The notes under the pieces were generated by a model, which saw only the letters and a program-made list of their open reading frames with translations, did no database searches and had not been told where the DNA came from. A program made the position numbers and the translations under genes. A stretch of DNA of 64,000 nt from Malacoraja senta (Eukaryota): contig CM075983.1 in NCBI GenBank assembly GCA_038087875.1, positions 24,614,001-24,678,000 of the forward strand. Reading direction: 5' to 3'. Position 1 is the first letter of the stretch. Each line of letters starts with the position of its first letter. Positions 11,538 through 24,000 of this stretch are shown here, in pieces.

Positions 11538-13610
11538 AATTATGAATACATTACCATCATGAAACAAATTTTGTTGAATTATTACTTTTTAAGTGTTCAG
11601 TGATAAATCACAATTATTCAGAGTTTGTGCGTAAATGGTAGAACAATCTTTTCATTCAGCATTTTTTAATGGTATTGAAATTTTTTATACATAACGACAC
11701 AGAAGGTAGCCATTGGCACCCCACATCCACACTAGCACTCCAGAAGGTTATCCCATCAATCGTTTTCCCATTCTCCATATTTCTGTGTCCTTCTTCATTG
11801 TGATTTCTCTGGCACATGCTCATCAACTTCTCTGTGCTGACTGCTGTGCCAGGTCATAATTTCCTTTGGAAGGAACACAGTTAGAATGTGGAGATCTATT
11901 TGCCTTCAAATAAAAGTAAGGTTAGAAAACCACATACTTAGGAATTCTTAATATTTGAGGTGGATTCATGGACCTAAAATAAAATGATTTTGAACAAGCA
12001 TTCTGCCAGCTAGAAATTGAATATGTGACCTGGATTATGTATATTTGCTTTCAATAACTGTAAGCATATCTTGTAAGTTTCCTAAAAAATGTAGCGACCT
12101 CAGTTCGAATATTTAGTTTAAAAATTGATTTATGTAGCATCTTTTAATATGAAATGTTCCAGAGTGCAACAAAGCAGTGTTATTATTCCAAATGTGATGT
12201 CACAAGGCGAAATGGAAATGATAATCAAAATTTCGAATGACCTTTTTTAAGCATCTTAGAGGATAACTCCTCAGAAATGCCACTGGTTTATTTTAGAGGA
12301 AATTTAAGAGCGTGGGCCAAGGCATAGGCAATAATGTTTTTGAAAATTGAGAAATACAAGCACAGAAATCGAGATGAGTAAAAACATGTACTGGTGGACC
12401 AGGTTACAAAGTGGTGGACAATTGGCGGATGAATAGATTTGAAATTTAGGATGTGAATTTTGATTAAACCAAACACCCCAGTCAACATCATGTGCCTGAG
12501 GGTGATGGGTAACTGAATGTGAGGTAGATCAGGATATGCACTGCAGAATTTTGTGCTCGAGCTTATGGGAAGTAGAAGATCCAAGGCAATCGAGAGCACA
12601 GAGAACTTGTCTTGAGGTGAAAAATTGGATGGACAAAGCCAAGATACAATCAGTTATGTTGTAGAACTGGAAATAAGAAATATTAGTAATGTCATGGCCT
12701 TAATATCTGAGATTCACTCACAGATTATTGTGAGGAAGACTAATTAGTGAAAAAATGTAGGCAAATAGAAAGTACTGAAAAAATTTGGGCTGCTAATTTT
12801 ATCATTTTATCATCTCTTTCAGAACCAAAAAATGCAAGTGAAAAATCTGCTTGATTGTATCTTAAATGGAGCCTTATTACTATGCAATAAACATATTATT
12901 TGATCTTATGAAAAGGGTCATTTTAAGTCAGTGTTACTTATTGAAAAAACATTAAATGCGTCAGAGAAAATTGCATTATACAAAATACAATTGTAGTATA
13001 CGTGCCTTATTAAAAGAGCAGTTTCTTTAATCAGACAGCCTATTTGTGATTTTCATTTGGACTAGAGTTTCTGCAATTTTCTCTCTTGGTATTATTGTCA
13101 CCATTTAACATTCTGCCACGTAGCTGTTGCAGGTTAAATAGTTTCGTTATTTCTTGCTGTTTATTTACAGTAATTTCCCTGTTGTATTTTGTTGACTGTA
13201 ATAAACATAGGTTAATGAAATAATAAAATGTCTTTAACTGTGCAGTCTAATAATGTGTGCGTGAACAGTATCAAATCTGATTTCTTCATTAGAAGAACCA
13301 TGCTCATGTCAGTTTTTCATGTATTTCCAAGGTCTAGATTTGCATTTAATTTTTGTTATTGATCATTCTTCTTTTGTGTTAGTTGCTTGACAAATGTTCC
13401 TTGGAACTAAAATGATAGTCTGATGTTATCAGTGCTATGTATTCTTGTTTGTCAGCTTGCACTTCAATGCCATCATTTAAAGTTTGGTTGAAATGCAGTA
13501 AATACTGAACATATCGGGTATCATTCATGGAGAAAGGAAGTGAATTAACATTACAGGTTGATTATTTTTCATAACTAAGAAAAAATATATTTAACATGTT
13601 TATTGAAGAG

Positions 13611-13815
13611 GCCAATCAGCCCCTCCACACCTAGATCCACCCATCACTTGCCAGCTTTTGCCCCACTCTTGTACTCGCCTCTTTCTACCCGTTATCTCCC
13701 CTCTACCGCTATCAATCTGAAGATGAATCCTGACCGGAAATGTCATCTGTCCATTTTACCCCACAGATGCTGCAGATGCTGCCTGGCCTGTTCTGTTTCA
13801 CCAGCAGTTTTTAAA
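13611..13815 (+). mobile_element. Old Penelope 3' pseudo-LTR fragment
   Basis: Pyrimidine-rich tract, then ctgaagatgaatcctgaccggaaatgtc (degenerate hammerhead) and cagatgctgcctg. Confidence 0.55.
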
Positions 13816-14805
13816 CAAATTCCTGGCACAACAACATGATTTAACATGTTTTTTAAGTATGGTGTTATATGTTACCTATGAGTGTTCAGACTGGAAAACC
13901 ATGGATGATTTCATGAATCAATACTCTGCTGGACATCTGTGTAATTTAAATTTGATCGTACTGGGCAGTCTGCTTCAATATCAGTAAATTCATCTCTACA
14001 TACTGACTGGGTCTTTGTGCCTACATTAAAAAATGTCTGCTGGTCAAAGTAGTTTAAACAGTATATTTAATTCCAGTAATCATCTACCCAGTGTCTTTAT
14101 ATGATCCCAGGGCGTATAGAAGAACAAACTCTACTTTGATTGTTGTGTTTGTTGTAATTATTTGAGGATGTTTTAAATGACAATTTTAAGAATTTGATAT
14201 TCAGTTAAATAAATGTAACGATATGCAAAATAGATATTTCTCATTGTTGAACATGCAAGTAATATTCATGCCACAAAAGTGTCAAGAAAAACCCAAAGAA
14301 TAACTGCAATTTTGCTTCTTTCAATGATTATTACATGGTTTGTGCCTTATGGAATGTGAACTGGACACAAAATATGCCATACAATGAGTCCATGTTAAGC
14401 TAGTGTGATTCTTACATGGTACATAATAGAAGCTAAAGGACAAACGAGCTTCTGGAGGAACTGATTGAGTCAAGCAGTGTCTGAGGTTGAAAAGAAATTG
14501 GATCAAAACCCTTCATCGGGACTGTAGATTGTTCCACAGGCAGATTTTTTGTTCCTCCAGATTTCTTGTTCCTCCAGATTTCAGCATCTGCAGTCTGTGT
14601 CTCCATAGAAAGAGACTATTTTCCTTTGATTCCCAAAGCAGAATTTGGTATTGTACCAAAATTCATACTATAATTGGAGCATTGCAAGGCATGCGTGTTG
14701 TTTGGTGGCATCATGTTGCATAGTGTAAATGTTTTCATTTATGGGTAAAATGATACTGCAGGCTGGAACCCTAACTTGTGGTCTAAAGGTTGTAAACTCT
14801 TCATG

Positions 14806-15447
14806 GTGCTCGGACATGGTGGCTTTGTTCAACGCATGCACCTAGAACACCTAGTGGTGGTGTGCGTCCCTTCGACCTAAGGGAATTCACCACCATCATC
14901 AAGACTACGGTCTGCATTAAGCCCCAGGCAGACATTCCGCTCGCACTAGAGGAGCTGCATGCCATGCTCAACAAACACTAGATGGTGAACTTTCCTAGAC
15001 GCCTTTCCTAACATAGCCGGGGACTTCAAGGCCAGCCTGAAGAAATCACTGTCAAACTGCCGCTGGCACATGTCCTGCAGCACCGAAGGATCAACTCCTT
15101 CGACCACTCTTATTCCACCATCTGAGATGCCTATCGCTCCATCCCTCTCCCTTACTTTGAAAAGTCCGACCACTTCTCTGTGTTCCTTTTTCCTATGTAT
15201 AGGCAGTGACTGAAGATTGCAGCCCCAGCGGTGAGAACTGCACAAAGCTGGTCAGGGGAGGCAGGGGAATGACTTGGGGATTGCTTATAGACTGAGCGAT
15301 GTTCAAGGACTCGGCAACGGGCTTGAATGAATAAGCCACAAGTTGTTACCAACTTCATTAGAAAATGTGTGAAGAAGTGTGTTCCCATGAAAATAATCCG
15401 AGTGTACCTCTACCAGCAGCCTTGGATAAACCAAGAGGTCCAGAATC
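14806..15447 (+). mobile_element. Rex1/Babar-type LINE endonuclease region, decayed
   Basis: Fragments read LEHLVV, REFTTII, PQADIPLALEELH, IAGDFK, KSDH and PWINQEV. Confidence 0.65.
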
Positions 15448-15454
15448 AATGAAT

Positions 15455-15565
15455 CTGTCTTCTCCCTGACTAACATGCCTAGATTTCCATGCCTAGAACT
15501 CTCTGTTGGCTTGGACATGTACACAGGATGGAAAATGGATGCATCCCCAAAGATGTGTTCTAGTG
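15455..15565 (+). mobile_element. RTE-clade LINE C-terminal fragment
   Basis: Reads LCWLGHVHRMENGCIPKDVF, matching the RTE LRWLGHVxRMxxxRIPK motif. Confidence 0.6.
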
Positions 15566-15989
15566 GATAGAGAAAAAATAAACGGGAAATATTGTCAGCT
15601 GACGTACATGTCTGAAAATTGAATCAGTGGCTGATCCTTGTGGAGTTACTAGTTTAGAAATTGAAATTAGATACGGCAAGGCATAAATGGTGGTGCATCT
15701 TCAGTGAACAATGCCTTTCTATTCCTATTCATCTTTGGATCAAACAACAAAGGGTGGCAGTAGGTAGATATAAAAGTGAATTGGATATGTTAAATAGTTA
15801 TGGGGCTTGGTTCAAAATTGTGGTGTTATCAATTTAACCTTGTGTCAAGTTCTGTATTTAGAAGTTGTTGATAAAAAAAAAATCTCTGGAACAATTGTCT
15901 TTCATCTCACTACCTTTAAACATAAAAGAGATAAGGGCCAAGCACCAATGTAAACTCAGAAGGTGGAATGGATCTGGCTTTGAACTTTG

Positions 15990-16860
15990 TTAATTTTACG
16001 TTGGGAGAAGGCTTTAGTGTCATAGTCTTGCTCTGTTACAACAGACAAAAAATTTTGGTAAGCCAAACCCAAGCCTAACTTGCACTGTAGATGGTAGGGC
16101 CCTGTGGAATGTTTTAGTACAAAGAGATTAAGACATACACGTGTGTAGATCCTTGAAAATGGCAACACAGATGACGAAAAGGTGTTTGGCACACTTGCCT
16201 TCATCGGGTATTGGTCAGGCCACATTTGGAATTCTATGTACGATTCTGGCCCTCCTGCTATTGGAATGATAACATTAAACAGGAAAAGGTGGAAAAAATA
16301 TTTATGAGGACGTTACTGGGCCTGGAGGCTTTGAGTTATAAGGAGAGGTTGGACTTTTCCCCATGAAGAATAGGAGGTTGGGTGGAGGGGGGGGAAGTGG
16401 TTGGAGTTGAGTTTAAAATCATGAAAGGCATTGGAAAGGTGAGGACGTTACTGGGCCTGGAGGCTTTGAGTTATAAGGAGAGGTTGGACTTTTCCCCATG
16501 AAGAATAGGAGGTTGGGTGGAGGGGGGGGAAGTGGTTGGAGTTGAGTTTAAAATCATGAAAGGCATTGGAAAGGTGCAAAGGGCATAAGTTAAGTAAGAG
16601 GGGATGAATTAAATAGGGACCTGAGGGGCAGCTTTTTCAGAGGGTCATACATATATGAAGCAAGCTGCCAGAAGAAGCAGCAGAGGCTAGTATAATTACG
16701 CCATTTAAAATTCACTTGGACGGGTACGTAGATGGAAAAGGTTTGGAGGGATATGGGCTGACGTAGGCAAGTGGGACTTGCTCAGTTAGGCAACTAGCCA
16801 GCTAAGACGAGTTGTGTCGAAGAGCTTGTTGCCGGGCTGCACAGCTTATTGACTTCGACT
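15990..16860 (+). mobile_element. Decayed CR1 3' portion
   Basis: Similar to the ORF2 C-terminus and 3' UTR of the CR1 at 6250-7060 (ttgagttataaggagaggttgga; ggtttggagggatatggg). Confidence 0.65.
16306..16575. repeat. Perfect 135-bp tandem duplication
   Basis: 16306-16440 equals 16441-16575, including an identical G8 run. Confidence 0.95.
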
Positions 16861-17915
16861 CTAATTTGATTGCTTGTCCATATTCAATGGTTACTCATAT
16901 TCTAAAGTGCTTCATAAAAACTGGTTATAAATCGAGTGATCATATTACTCAAATTACAGTATTTATGTTTACAGAGCTTTTTAATTTATAAACAAACATT
17001 TGGCTTGTCCTCGAAGGTATGAAAAGTAATTGTATTTTACTGTTCCACCTTGGAACAACTGTGCTTTTTACGCATATTGTGTTCTGGTAGATTCTCATCA
17101 ACGGAATATTTGAATTGAAAATAATGGTTTCTAAAACCCCAGATACATGTTTAAACGACATTGGCTGAGAGTGCTGTTTATTCATCACCTTTTGTACAAG
17201 AATTTCAAATAGTCATTTTTGATGATGCTTTTTTTTTGGAGTGGGTTTGCCATCCCTTGTCTCGATAGGTGACCCCAATTCCCCAAAGTAACTATTGGTT
17301 TTTCTTTCAGATTAGCTGGCAAATGCTGTTTACACAATTAATCAACTTAATGGTTTTTTTTACAACTGAATATGGAGTGTTCGAAATCCATGCTGACAAA
17401 TGCCAAGTTTAACTGATGTAAGCAGCTAAGTTTAAGTGATAATTATATCCTGGCACAAACAGTTTGCGTCTTAAGTGTGCAATTAAATTATTTTTTTTTG
17501 TAATTCTTTGAGTCAGTGTAATAGCTTCACTGTCTGCAAGCAGCTTTATTCCTGTTTCATAAAGTCTTCATTCTTTGCAATATTATTCTTTTGGAGCAAT
17601 TATTGACCCACAGTACTGAAATGATTGTTGTAATTCTCAAAAAAGCCTTGGTATTAATATACGCCAATAACAACCCAGATTGACAATAAATGATATGGTT
17701 CAGCATCTCAAAATTCTAGCTATATTGATTATTTAATTACTGGTTTCAGTTAGGACAAAAGTCATCTTTAGGATAGTGAATTCTTGCTAATTACAGCACT
17801 GTTTCATCCCTGACCTGATTTGCTTTGCTTTGATCTGATGTAGAGATTGTTTTCAGCTCTGAGGCAACTATCAGTCGTCCTTAAAGCTATCGAGTACAGC
17901 TTATGCCTAGCCAAG

Positions 17916-18792
17916 GTACACAAAAATGCTGGAGAAACTCAGCGGGTGCAGCAGCATCTATGGAGCGAAGGAAATACAACAAGTGATCCTCCGTCAGTTT
18001 CGCCACCTCCAACGTGACCCCACCACTCGCCACATCTTCCCATCTCCCCCCATGTCTGCCTTCCGCAAAGACCGCTCCCTCCATAACTCCCTTGTCAATT
18101 CTTCCCTTGCCTCCCATACCACCCCCTCCCCTGGTACTTTCCCTTGCAACCGCAAGAGATGCAACACTTGTCCCTTCACCTCCCCCCTCGACTCCATTCA
18201 AGGACCCAAGCAGTCGTTCCAGGTGCGACAGAGGTTCACCTGCATCTCCTCCAACCTCATCTATTGCATCCGCTGCTCTAGATGCCAGCTGATCTACATC
18301 GGTGAGACCAAGCGGAGGCTTGGCGATCGTTTCGCCGAACACCTCCGGTCGGTCCGCAATAACCAACCTGAGCTCCCGGTGGCTCAGCACTTCAACTCCC
18401 CCTCCCATTCCGTATCTGACCTCTCTGTCCTGGGTCTCCTCCATGGCCACAGCGAGCAACACCGTAAATTGGAGGAAATGCATCTCATATTCCGCTTGGG
18501 CAGTCTACATCCTGGGGGCTTGAACATTGAATTCTCCCAATTCTGCTAGCCCTTGCTGTCCCCTCCCCTTCATTAGCCCTCTGGTTGTCTGCTCCCCTCC
18601 CCCAGCCCTCGGGCTCCTCCGCCTTTTTCCTTTTTTCCTTTATTCCCCCCACCCCCTATCAGTCTGAAGAAGGGTTTCGGCCCGAAACGTTGCCTATTTC
18701 CTTCGCTCCATAGATGCTGCTGCACCCGCTGAGTTTCTCCAGCATTTTTGTGCACCTTCGATTTTCCAGCATCTGCAGTTCCTTCTTTAACA
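17916..18792 (+). mobile_element. Penelope-like element, 5'-truncated: inverted pseudo-LTR piece + GIY-YIG endonuclease + 3' pseudo-LTR
   Basis: ORF 17926-18549 has CxxxxCxxC, NLIYCIRC, IYIGET, RFAEH, HF and GLN motifs. 17916-17975 is the reverse complement of about 18695-18755. 15-bp flanking direct repeat TTATGCCTAGCCAAG (17901-17915 / 18793-18807). Confidence 0.92.
18664..18691 (+). ncRNA. Minimal type I hammerhead ribozyme motif (Penelope-associated)
   Basis: CUGAAGA-A-GGGU[UUCG]GCCC-GAAA-CGUU, with palindromic ACGU in place of stem III. Confidence 0.65.
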
Positions 18793-20477
18793 TTATGCCT
18801 AGCCAAGTTGTTTTGCTTTACCACCCTCTCATTTTGATAGCAGCTCGGCAAGCTGTTTTGCGTCTGGAGGAGCTCTTTGCAGGCATGCAAATTATGAATT
18901 CCTGATTTGCTAGCTGCATCCTGCTTCTCAAGGCATTGATGTATGAAATCCCTTATGAATTCACAGATGAGCATAGTGCTAATTGCTTTCCCACCTGCCC
19001 TTGCCCTTCCCCTGAATCTGTCAGCTCTTAACTGTCACTCACTCAAGACAGATGGCAACACATGCAGCACTGGACGAAAAGAGCCAATTCTAGCCGGTGC
19101 CCTGGAGATTCCTGTAATTTCCATTGCGTCCCTTTTGTGTGGCGGTATTAACAAGATCTCTTTGCCTATGATTGCAGATAGCTCTGTTGTTTGCGTGCTG
19201 GGATTTATAGGAGATTAAAAGCAGACCTTCACATCTCTTTACTCAGTTTATGGAAGAGAAAGCACATTTTACTCTAAGAAGTGGTTGGGAATGTTCATTG
19301 TGCAGTATGCAGGTAATGTAAGTCTGATGCTTTACGCCTTGGATGTATGTTTCAGTAGAATGCATAGAAAAGTCAGATGGATTTTAATAGCTGAACAATT
19401 TGTCGTGTGTTGAGAGACATAGGTTGATAATTTGTTTATTTAGGATTTTTTTTGTTTTAAACCTTTGAGATCAGTGTTTATTTTTGTATTAAAATGGTTT
19501 TCATTTTTGGTAGAAATTTTTATTAATTCCTGCAATGTAGGAGTTTTGGTCTTTGTGCTTCGTTTGCCTTGTTTTGTTTTAGCTTTACCAGCTCCATATT
19601 CTTGCTGAATAATTACGTTGACATGATATTGTTGTTTGTTATTTTCTGCTTTTGTCTTTGGTTTTAAGGCTAATGAGGATTCATGACGAAGAGATGTTTG
19701 TAGTTGCTGACATAATGTGCATTGAGAACTAAAAGAATGCCTGAACTTTACGATTGCATTTTTATTCCAAGAAAGGTCTGCATTTTCTGCACCGTTACAA
19801 ACCTTTATGAAGTATATTGTCATTAAGCTAATAAAATTGAATTATTATTTGTCTAGCTATCTGGACGTAGAATGTCATTGCCATAATTGTTTAAACGATA
19901 GAATGTAATTATTGCTGCATAGTTTTAGCTGGTGCAGAAATGTATTTTAATTTCTCAATGATTTGATTTTTTTTAATGCTGTCACTAAATGATTAGCTTT
20001 TAGATTCAGTTAGTTACGTGAATCCTGTGTTTTATCAGTGTAAGCGTTAGAATTTGGAAATGAAGGTGGCAGACAAAGCGTTTTCTACTAAATTATCCAG
20101 AGATATGCTGAAACTTTGTTTGGAGAAAACATTATTTTAAAATAACTCCTGGATTGGTGTCGGGAGCTGAGCCTGGGTGGGGGGGGGGGGGTCAATCATA
20201 AATTTTCTGCTTTGCTCTTTAGATTTTGAATGGCTACTTAAAAAAAGCAGTTGGATTTTCATTCTTAGAAAATTGGCGAATATCTCTGGCCATTGTTAGT
20301 CTCTTTAGGCAGAATATTTTCACAGTGATGTGAAGCAAGATTTCCACATTGATTAAAACCAAATCAATGTATATTCAATTTACTCTGACAGTGAGTGAGA
20401 ATCGATTTATTTTGTTTAAACTGCTTGATATCTTCAGTAACTGTTTATATCAAATCATTATACATATGCGTAGTAAA

Positions 20478-21095
20478 GACTGCAGATGATGAATTAAATC
20501 GGAGGTAGATGCAACACCTGTCCCTTTACCTCCGCCCTAGACTCCATCCAAGGACCCCGACAGTCTTTTCAGGTGAGGCAGAGGTTCACTTGCCCCTCCT
20601 CCAACCTCATCTACTGTATCAGCTGTTCCAGATGTCAACTCTTGTATATCAGCTAGATCAAGCGCAGGCTCGGCGATCCTTTCGCAGAACACCTCCACTC
20701 AGTCCGCCTTAACCTAATTGATCTCCCGGATGCTCAGCACTTTAGCTTTCCCCTCCCATTCCCAATCTGACCTTTCTGTCCTGGGCCTCTATTGTCAGTG
20801 AGGCCCAGTGCAAATTGGAGGAACAGCACCTCATATTTTGATTGGGTAGCTTACACTCCAGCGATATGAACATTGACTTCTCTAACTTCAAATAGTCCTT
20901 GCTTGCCCTCTCTCTCCATCCCCTCCCCCTTCCCAGTTCTCCCACCTGTCTTACTGTCTCCTGACTACATTCTATCTCTGTCCCACCCACCCCTCTGACA
21001 TCAGTCTGAAGAAGGGTCTCGAACCGAAACGTCACCCATTCCTTCTCTCCAGAGATGCTGCCTGTCCCGCTGAGTTACTCCAGCATTTTGTGTCT
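20478..21095 (+). mobile_element. Penelope-like fragment (frameshifted GIY-YIG + pseudo-LTR) with a short inverted 5' piece
   Basis: Homologous to 18160-18760; begins with inverted ctgcagatga...ggtaga. Confidence 0.85.
21006..21033 (+). ncRNA. Minimal hammerhead motif (one stem II mismatch)
   Basis: CUGAAGAAGGGUCUCGAACCGAAACGUC. Confidence 0.55.
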
Positions 21096-24000
21096 GCCAT
21101 TAATCTTGGGCAAAGATGATGAATATCAAATTGTTAAAAATGTTTCCTGGAGGTATTTTGTTTTGTAATTTTAAAGTTTAAAAAAAATGTTCCTAATTTC
21201 CTTAATAATGCAATGACAACCACTTTCAGCTAGATCAGTGGTTAAACAAATTTTAGACTGAAGTCCCACTATTTTCTGGCAGTGACAAATGCTAATTGTA
21301 GAAGGGTTGAATTGCATTGGATGAACACTGCACACATCTACCTTATTTTCTAAAAACTAGATCAACTTTATCTAATTAAGCCATACTAGTAAATAGTTTT
21401 GGTTACTATTGGCGTACATTTGTGGGCGTTTGAATTAAAAATGTCTCATTGCATAATTGATAATCGTGCCTTTTGAATTATGAGAATTACAATTCAAAAT
21501 GAATAGTTTACATTATTAAAAAAGGCTAATGCAATTTTAATGCTTCATGATGAGAAATCAAAGCACAGTTTTGTTTCTTTTTCCTTTACAATTTCTGCAA
21601 TTGTATGAAATTTCAAGGTCAGCCTCACTAATATTAAATCCTGCCAGCTTCAAGACTTTGACCAGATCATTAATTTAGTTGAACTCCCTCTCTGAATTAA
21701 AACTATATGAGGACAATAAGATTGTGAATCTGAGAAAGTTGAGAAATGATCACTCTACACATGTCTTGTTTTACCTGCTGCAAACTACAACTCATATGCT
21801 GCAACTTCACCAGTTCTTTGTGCAAGCAAAGCTCCTTACAACTCAGAACCTTGCCTTTACATGAAATCTCATGAAATTTTGCCTTGTCAAGTTCTTCTGC
21901 AGCTATATGCATTTCTGTGCATACTTCACACCTTTAGTATACTGTGAGGAGATGATTTTTTACCTAGCCATTTTGTAGCTTTTGATGTATTTAATACATT
22001 TATTAATCCACTATGTTTATGATTCAGACTACAGCAGAAACAAATGGAAAGTATAGCAGGGAGTCTTAATATATCTGAGAAAATGTGCATCTGGCTAAAG
22101 TAATAGGGCTACTTTGCAGGTATATTTTAAGCAGGTTTGCAAAGAATAATGTGCAGAAAAAAGACCCTTTGGTGTTTGGTGAAGGACTATGCAAGTAAAT
22201 AGATAAACCAAAAGCTACTTTTTTGCAGAGAGTTTATTGTACTTGATTAAATGTTTCTGTCACTATTACAAGATTGTGACAAATTTGGTTTAACTGTAAC
22301 GTGTGCACGTTGCACTTCCACATGTTGCTCATTTTTACAATTTAAAGCACCACAAGGAACTGTACTTGTAACCTAACCCCACACCCTGACAGAATTTCAG
22401 TTACTTTGGTACTAAACCCTATAATCCCCCTCTCTAATTCTTCATCTTTTTTTATAAAGCATTACTGAAAATCAACCATTCAACCAGGTTTCCGGCTGTT
22501 TATGTCATTCTGGTTGTGTGCAGTGTTAATTGTATTGTTTGTTGTGTGCCTTCCTGGGGTGCCTTGGGAGTTTAACCTGAGGGACTATCGCTCTTTCTAG
22601 CCTATTGATACTATTATTATTTTTTATTAAACATCCAATACGCCTTCTCTAATGTCCTGTATGCAGGTTGTTTTTTTTAGGACCAGGCGATTTGATCAGC
22701 CTGTGTTAAATTTAAGGAAGCAATTAGATAACCAAAAACAATTTGGGTAGAATATCAATAACATATGGATCTTTTTTAGCAGAACAGATTAGGAATATCC
22801 AAGTATGCCAATTTATATACTGGAAGCAGATGGAATCCTAATTTGTTGGAATCGCATTTTGAAAATTTCCCAACCCTCGGGTCGCAGTGGAATGTTTAAA
22901 TTCTATATTTTACTCCTTTGATTTCAATTGTACTGTCCAATGAAATATTCCAACTTCCTATTTGTACATGATGCTATTTCCTTTCTTTATTGTTTGATGG
23001 TTTTTTGGGAATTCATATTCTCCATTACATAAAAGTGATTAGAATTGTAACCTTCTGCAGAACTAAATGGAAACTTTAAATTTAGATTAGCAGCAGCTTT
23101 GTTGCAAAATAATGAGTTTTCATGGCGTTACACTGGTAGGTTGGATGATTGGAACGGCTAATTTTGGTTTGCAGATAGACAGAAATGTTTTGATATTTTG
23201 ATGAAATGGATGGCTGCTGATCCAGCATGAAAATAATGAATATTTAAATAATATAATTAAAGGTAAGACATTTTGCTCGACATTTTGCTATTAATTAAGG
23301 GTAACCAACGATCCATTTTCCATCTCAAGCTGACTTTGTTACTGAAACTATTTGTCCTTCAACCAATCTCACTAAAACATTGCTTGGTCTTCATCACACC
23401 GCTGTTGCGAAATTTTGCAGAGTCCAAATTGTCATATGTCCTCTTCTACTGTAGTGACTGAAGCTCAGAACTTCATTAGTGTAAAGTGCTGAAAGGTGCA
23501 AGATATATATATATTTTTTATATATCCATCAGAAGGTCATGGCCTTCATCGCCAAAACCAAATGGGTTTAGTAGAGCGAATTCTATGAAGTTTAATGGCA
23601 ATTTTAGACCATCAACTGTTGTTAGGAGCACTGGTATAAGCATACCACACATCCTGCAAGCTGTTGTTGACCATAAAGCTATTATAATTGCAGCATAGTT
23701 GAGTACTCCATTATCTATGTGCAGTCATCAATGCTGATGCATTTCTCAAGATACTAGCATAATTGGCTGGATCGTGTAACTTATCACGCAGCTGTTCAGT
23801 AGAAAGTTGCCAGCTACTTGCAGTGTGCTGATCAGTTTGTTCCTGATGTCTGTGGCTTTGAATTGCAAATGGAAGCTCGGAAAAAACTGCCTGTTAAATA
23901 CCAGTGCACATAACATCCTGAGCTGAGGGGTCAAATGCACTTTGTATGGATGGCCTCACACATTCAACATCAAAATTCACCAAGGGTTACTCCTGTATTT

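Noticed and set aside
12330-12720. Possible L2 remnant, also at 21620-21900 and 22440-22670
   Set aside because: Similarity too weak to call by eye.
20172-20191. Isolated G/C homopolymers (also near 24890, 25280, 31088, 46785 and 52990) as functional G4 elements
   Set aside because: Common in such genomes, with unreliable lengths in assemblies and no further support.
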